53,406 bases of DNA. Origin: Gammaproteobacteria bacterium. GTDB taxonomy: Bacteria > Pseudomonadota > Gammaproteobacteria > Nitrosococcales > Methylophagaceae. The position numbers and the translations under genes were made by a program. The notes beneath the pieces are model-generated. The model searched no databases and was not told the origin of the DNA. It saw only the letters and a program-made list of their open reading frames with translations. Where the stretch lies: the NCBI GenBank assembly GCA_003645385.1, contig QNEY01000001.1, positions 1-53,406 of the forward strand. The letters run 5' to 3'. Positions 49,733-53,406 of the stretch are shown in pieces (within the stretch, counting starts at the first letter, position 1; every line of letters begins with the position of its first letter).

Positions 49733-51172
49733 TTATTCAGCATTGTCAGTTTCATCATCTTCATCTGGTTCATCTGGTTCATCAATGTCATCAGTGTCAG
49801 ATTCAGTTTCATCATCTTCAAGCCCATCAAGATGTTCATCTTCTGTCACTGTTGTTTCATCAACTTCTGGTTCTGGCTCGCTCGGATTCACTTCAACGAG
49901 TGCCATCGGTCTTAAATATATATCTTCTTGATCTTCATCAATTAGTTTTCCAAACATTTCACGAACCTCATTCACTTTCAAATAAGGCAAGATCGGTGTT
50001 ATTGCAATAGCAAGTTCAGCAAGATCAGCTTGCAATGCTTTAACTTGTGACCAATCGAATTTGAACATTAAATTTGTGTCGGGATCTTTTATCCGTAGCA
50101 GATTGATTGTCATTGAGTCTGCAAAATCATTCCACAGACTGATCATTGTGCCACGATAGAATATTTTTTCAGCTGCTTCAAGATTCGGTGATGACAATGG
50201 ACTGTTTTCTTGAGCAACACGAGCATGAACCAAAAGCGGTGGAACACCAAACGCTGCACAGATATGACTTTCTGCCATTGACGATAAACCGGGCCAGTCT
50301 AAATCTTTCAGCGGTGCAATGAATGATGCACTTGCACCTTCACCTGTTAAGAATAAAGGACCGCCACGCTTGCCCTTGCCAACTGCTTCTGCAAGAAGTT
50401 CACGCATTTCATTTTGTTGTGTTGGTGTAAACTCCTCAGGTTGATGAAGTATCATGCCCGGCACTTTCATGTTTTCGAGCATTTCAAGAATGTAATTATC
50501 CTTTTCACTATCCAGCTTAAAATCCCTATAACAGGCTTGCATTGGAGCAATGCCGTCAACCAATGATTGCGGGTCAACAAATCTTCTGTATATCATTGCT
50601 TCTGGCATTACTGTAAATTGTTTTCCTGATGGGATGTTCACTTTGAAGTGATCAATGAATCTTGATTGTTCATCAGATCCAATTGTTAATTTTGGAATAA
50701 GTTTGCACCACGATGTTGGCAAGGGCCAAAGCTCTGCAACTTCACCAGCTTTGTTAAACCACTTCCAGATGAATGATTGACCTGTCAGATCCATGTGACT
50801 GATGTCAAATTCATATAAATTCGTTTGTGTTAAATATGCGTTTGGTCTTTGTATGACTTCAAGCTCTTGCATTCCATCAACAATATTCCATTTCTTTTCA
50901 TCGTCATAGTATCCGATTTCAAGATTTGCTTCAGGAAAAGATGTCATATGCTTTCTGACACAAGCATAAATCATTGCATGAAATTTGAATACCACTTCTT
51001 GCTCTGTCTGTGATAAGTTTCCCCACATTTCCGATAAACTGACAGAGTTGCTTCCAAAGATCGAGTCCCAGCCAGTTGATGCAGACATCAATCCATCTTG
51101 TGCAGTTGCTTGACCTTTTGACCGTATGACTTTACGGATCGCCCATTTTGCAATGCTTTTATATAGATTCAT
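49733..51172 (-). CDS. Portal protein (HK97-family-like) with poly-acidic C-terminal tail
   Basis: 479 aa. ATGA overlap with the terL stop. Position and general pattern fit a portal. The last ~60 aa are D/E-rich (DDIDEPDEPDEDDETDNAE). Confidence 0.8.
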   Translation of the reverse strand: MNLYKSIAKWAIRKVIRSKGQATAQDGLMSASTGWDSIFGSNSVSLSEMWGNLSQTEQEVVFKFHAMIYACVRKHMTSFPEANLEIGYYDDEKKWNIVDGMQELEVIQRPNAYLTQTNLYEFDISHMDLTGQSFIWKWFNKAGEVAELWPLPTSWCKLIPKLTIGSDEQSRFIDHFKVNIPSGKQFTVMPEAMIYRRFVDPQSLVDGIAPMQACYRDFKLDSEKDNYILEMLENMKVPGMILHQPEEFTPTQQNEMRELLAEAVGKGKRGGPLFLTGEGASASFIAPLKDLDWPGLSSMAESHICAAFGVPPLLVHARVAQENSPLSSPNLEAAEKIFYRGTMISLWNDFADSMTINLLRIKDPDTNLMFKFDWSQVKALQADLAELAIAITPILPYLKVNEVREMFGKLIDEDQEDIYLRPMALVEVNPSEPEPEVDETTVTEDEHLDGLEDDETESDTDDIDEPDEPDEDDETDNAE

Positions 51173-52596
51173 CGACTCATTCCCATTCTACCCTTGCCAG
51201 TGATTTCTTTGTATAGAGCAACAACAAGACTGTCAACTTGATCATCATGCTTTCCAGATGGAAATGACAAGAACTCTGAAATCCATTCTCTATTCCATTC
51301 TGATTCAACAAGATAAACATGACCAGCTTCAAATATTGGTTCAAGTATGCTTGCACGAGCAACTTTGTCTGTTTGTGGTGTGACTTTTCTGACAACAGCT
51401 TTGCCATGCAGCACATCTTTGATCAAATCATAGGTATCCTTATATCCTGCAACAACTTCAATGACAACTCTGACTTCCATGCCGTCATCTTCAGCAGCTG
51501 CAATCATCCATTTGTTTCTTTTAGTTGCTGTCAATTGTCCACGCTTAACGTCACTGATATAAATTGCTCTGTTTTCAGCATCATATGCAGCATAAGTTCC
51601 AACTGTATAATCGGGATCAGATTTCACACGCTCTTTTTCAGATGAAGCAAGATCCCAACCCCTATACCAAATTAATCCATCAGGAACATCTTTTGCTTTA
51701 ATAATTTTACATAGATCAGCACGAAGCATATTGCCTGTTCTTGGTTTTGGCTCCTGTAAGCCTTGGGATTGCCATGCATACAATCCCATAAAGGATCTCA
51801 TAGTTTTATACCACTTTTCAGTGAACCGCTCTGTGAATAGATATTCTTTTGTGTTTTCATCTTGAGCTGGAAATTTTAACATCTCAAATTCAGGGAAGTC
51901 CTCATCATAGTCTTTTGACAGTTTGTCATTCTTCCTTTCGATAGTGCCGACAACATCATCTTCATGCCATCTGTTCGCAACAATGACAACTGCATGAACA
52001 GGTGCCAGTCTTGTCAGCAGATCAGATTGAAATGACTCCCATTTCTTTCTTCTGATTGTTTCTGATTCAGCCTCTTCACGGTTTTTGTAATAATCGTCAA
52101 CAATCAAAATGTGAGCACCACGACCGGTGATTGTGCCACCGATGCCAGCTGAATGCACAGCACCTTTGCCACCTGTGACATTCCAACTGCCTAAAGCAGA
52201 CCGATCTTGTTTGATTCCGAAGCCGTGTGATGCTCCAACAGTCTGTGTGATCGCTCTGCAATCATATGACATGCTTGAAGCCAGTATGTAGTTATAAGAA
52301 GCAATTATGACTTCATGGTCACGATTTCTAAGCAGATGCCAAGCTGGATAACGTCTTGAAGCAACATCTGATTTACCGTGCCTTGGTGGAATACATATGC
52401 AAACATAAGCAGATTCGCCCGATTCAACTTGCTTTGTGACCTTATCGAGTGCATCAAGCATGGCTGTGGTATGTCTGCCGTATGTATAATCTTTTGATGG
52501 CGGATATAATCTGAAAAATACAGCGAATGACTCAACCGACTGTCTGGTGATCAGTTCCTCAATCGCATGTCTAGATTTTACTGATCCGTCACTCAT
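51169..52596 (-). CDS. terL: Terminase large subunit
   Basis: Walker A-like CIPPRHGKS, Walker B HILIVDD, and a C-terminal nuclease-like region. ATG at 52596 (MSDGSVK) overlaps the terS end by 8 nt. The upstream track extension is hydrophobic junk. Confidence 0.88.
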   Translation of the reverse strand: MSDGSVKSRHAIEELITRQSVESFAVFFRLYPPSKDYTYGRHTTAMLDALDKVTKQVESGESAYVCICIPPRHGKSDVASRRYPAWHLLRNRDHEVIIASYNYILASSMSYDCRAITQTVGASHGFGIKQDRSALGSWNVTGGKGAVHSAGIGGTITGRGAHILIVDDYYKNREEAESETIRRKKWESFQSDLLTRLAPVHAVVIVANRWHEDDVVGTIERKNDKLSKDYDEDFPEFEMLKFPAQDENTKEYLFTERFTEKWYKTMRSFMGLYAWQSQGLQEPKPRTGNMLRADLCKIIKAKDVPDGLIWYRGWDLASSEKERVKSDPDYTVGTYAAYDAENRAIYISDVKRGQLTATKRNKWMIAAAEDDGMEVRVVIEVVAGYKDTYDLIKDVLHGKAVVRKVTPQTDKVARASILEPIFEAGHVYLVESEWNREWISEFLSFPSGKHDDQVDSLVVALYKEITGKGRMGMSR

Positions 52597-53053
52597 TGCC
52601 AGGTTCAGAGTTAGGATCAACATCACTAGCAGCATCATTTTTGTTAAGGACAGCAAATTCCGCAATTGATATTCCCTGTTCTTTCATAATTTCCAGCAGT
52701 TCTTCATCCGTGTGTTCGCTCAAAGGATTGTTGGTAACTGTCTGATGAATGTGGTTCGTGTTCTTCCAATCTGATGGCATTCTGTTGATCAGCCAGAACA
52801 CTTGTGCTTTGACATTGCCTTTGATAGCTGACTTCAACAATGCCTCCTCAACCATCACTGTTCTTGCTTTGCGTGCTTGTATAGTGGCATCACTGTATTT
52901 CAGAAGAAAGTCTTTATGCTTTGGATCGCCACTCTTACGCCAAACCATTAATGTTGCTCTAGTGAAATTAGCAGCTTTCAATGCTTCCTCTTGAAACGCA
53001 CCTTGAGAGATGTGCTCTAGGAACTCATTCTTTTGTTCTTCTGAAACAGGCAT
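52589..53053 (-). CDS. terS: Terminase small subunit
   Basis: First gene of the late arm, directly upstream of and overlapping terL. N-terminal HTH-like EALKAANFTRATLMVWRK. Confidence 0.65.
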   Translation of the reverse strand: MPVSEEQKNEFLEHISQGAFQEEALKAANFTRATLMVWRKSGDPKHKDFLLKYSDATIQARKARTVMVEEALLKSAIKGNVKAQVFWLINRMPSDWKNTNHIHQTVTNNPLSEHTDEELLEIMKEQGISIAEFAVLNKNDAASDVDPNSEPGNE

Positions 53054-53078
53054 GTTCTCACGCTTTTAGTATCATTTC

Positions 53079-53161
53079 AAATGGGACAAACATATATAGC
53101 GAGCATTTCGTAAAATTTGTAAAAAGTCGTTTTCTCTTTCTTAAATATGTTAGTCCCATTT
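53079..53161. repeat. 17-nt inverted repeat (1 mismatch) with 49-nt spacer just upstream of terS
   Basis: AAATGGGACAAACATAT (53079..53095) against ATATGTTAGTCCCATTT (53145..53161). Confidence 0.7.
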
Positions 53162-53380
53162 CACGATTGTTGTTTTTTCTTTTTTTTTCGGTTTTTTTTG
53201 CTCAAAAAATCACTAAAAATTAGAACAAGAAAAACTTAAGATTTGAGATAATTATACAACTCAATTAATCTTTTCAAGCTAAAAGACTTAAGATTATTTT
53301 GTTAAGAAAAGAAGTGAGACCCATGCAAGAGTCTTTGAAGATTCTAGTAAGATGCTTTGATGACCCTATTAAGGGTCACA

Positions 53381-53404
53381 AGTAAAGGTAAAAGTAAAGG
53401 TAAT
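53381..53404. repeat. Tandem 12-mer x2 at the window end
   Basis: AGTAAAGGTAAA then AGTAAAGGTAAT (11 of 12 identical). Confidence 0.6.
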
Positions 53405-53406
53405 AA

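Larger units (their letters stand above)
53054..53406. promoter_or_regulatory. Non-coding right end; late-operon upstream region, candidate origin, packaging or regulatory region
   Basis: No credible ORF. Contains a 17-nt inverted repeat, long T-runs (53171..53200), ACTTAAGATT at 53234..53243 and 53286..53295, a perfect hairpin TGACCCT-ATTA-AGGGTCA (53361..53378), and a tandem 12-mer. Confidence 0.5.

Noticed and set aside
49520-49931. Plus-strand ORFs of 131 and 75 aa
   Set aside because: They are antisense to the small head gene and the poly-acidic portal tail. The poly-Ser product is the reverse-complement artefact of GAT/GAA repeats.
52597-52665. Upstream extension of the terL ORF (MRNLLSLTKMMLLVMLILTLNLA)
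   Set aside because: The hydrophobic stretch overlaps the terS 3' end. The ATG at 52596 gives the usual short terS/terL overlap.
53323-53385. 20-codon ORF (MQESLKILVRCFDDPIKGHK) in the right non-coding end
   Set aside because: Too short, with no convincing SD, and it overlaps the repeats and hairpin. More likely regulatory DNA.
53381-53404. Tandem repeat as a CRISPR array or terminal repeat
   Set aside because: There are only two 12-nt copies with no spacers. The first and last bases of the window show no direct terminal redundancy that I could see.
1-53406. Lysogeny module (integrase, CI-like repressor, attP) or tRNA genes
   Set aside because: I found no tyrosine or serine recombinase motifs, no obvious repressor/Cro pair and no cloverleaf candidates on reading all ORFs and gaps. 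Absence is by eye only and should be confirmed with HMM and tRNAscan searches.

Overview
The window reads as a complete or near-complete ~53.4 kb genome of an AT-rich tailed dsDNA phage with siphovirus-type (long non-contractile tail) morphogenesis genes. It has two arms. The plus-strand arm (134..19431) carries early and DNA-metabolism genes: a Cas4-like exonuclease, a single-strand annealing protein, a DUF1351-like protein and SSB; a free-standing HNH endonuclease; a replication organiser; an intein-containing DnaB helicase; a RuvC-like resolvase; and a DNA-modification island with a C5 methylase, an amino-methylase, an SNF2 helicase, a PD-(D/E)XK nuclease, and ASCH-like and DUF1937-like proteins. 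Many small zinc-ribbon or coiled-coil ORFs are interspersed. The minus-strand arm (19506..53053) is the late operon. In transcription order it encodes terS, terL, portal, a MuF-like minor head protein, prohead protease and an HK97-fold capsid protein. A glycosyltransferase/methyltransferase cassette follows, then head-tail adaptors and a membrane-protein trio (holin-like, lipoprotein, tail-anchored). Next come an accessory fibre module, tail completion proteins, the tail tube, G/G-T chaperones with a canonical -1 slippery site, the tape measure, and about eight distal tail, fibre or depolymerase-like proteins. The arms converge on a bidirectional hairpin terminator (19436..19501). They diverge from a non-coding control region split across the window ends (53054..53406 plus 1..133). 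By eye I found no tRNA, rRNA, CRISPR array, integrase, obvious repressor or canonical endolysin. The best candidates for something new are: (1) the late-operon glycosylation/methylation cassette, which includes a protein with all four GT29 sialyl-motifs; (2) a class 3 (Ala1, WCT) LAGLIDADG intein in the DnaB P-loop; (3) a MuF-linker-HExxH fusion; (4) an atypical membrane-protein trio with out-of-frame overlap and no nearby lysin; (5) His-containing 14-residue tandem repeats in the terminal tail protein. All functional calls come from motif recognition by eye. No database search was run.
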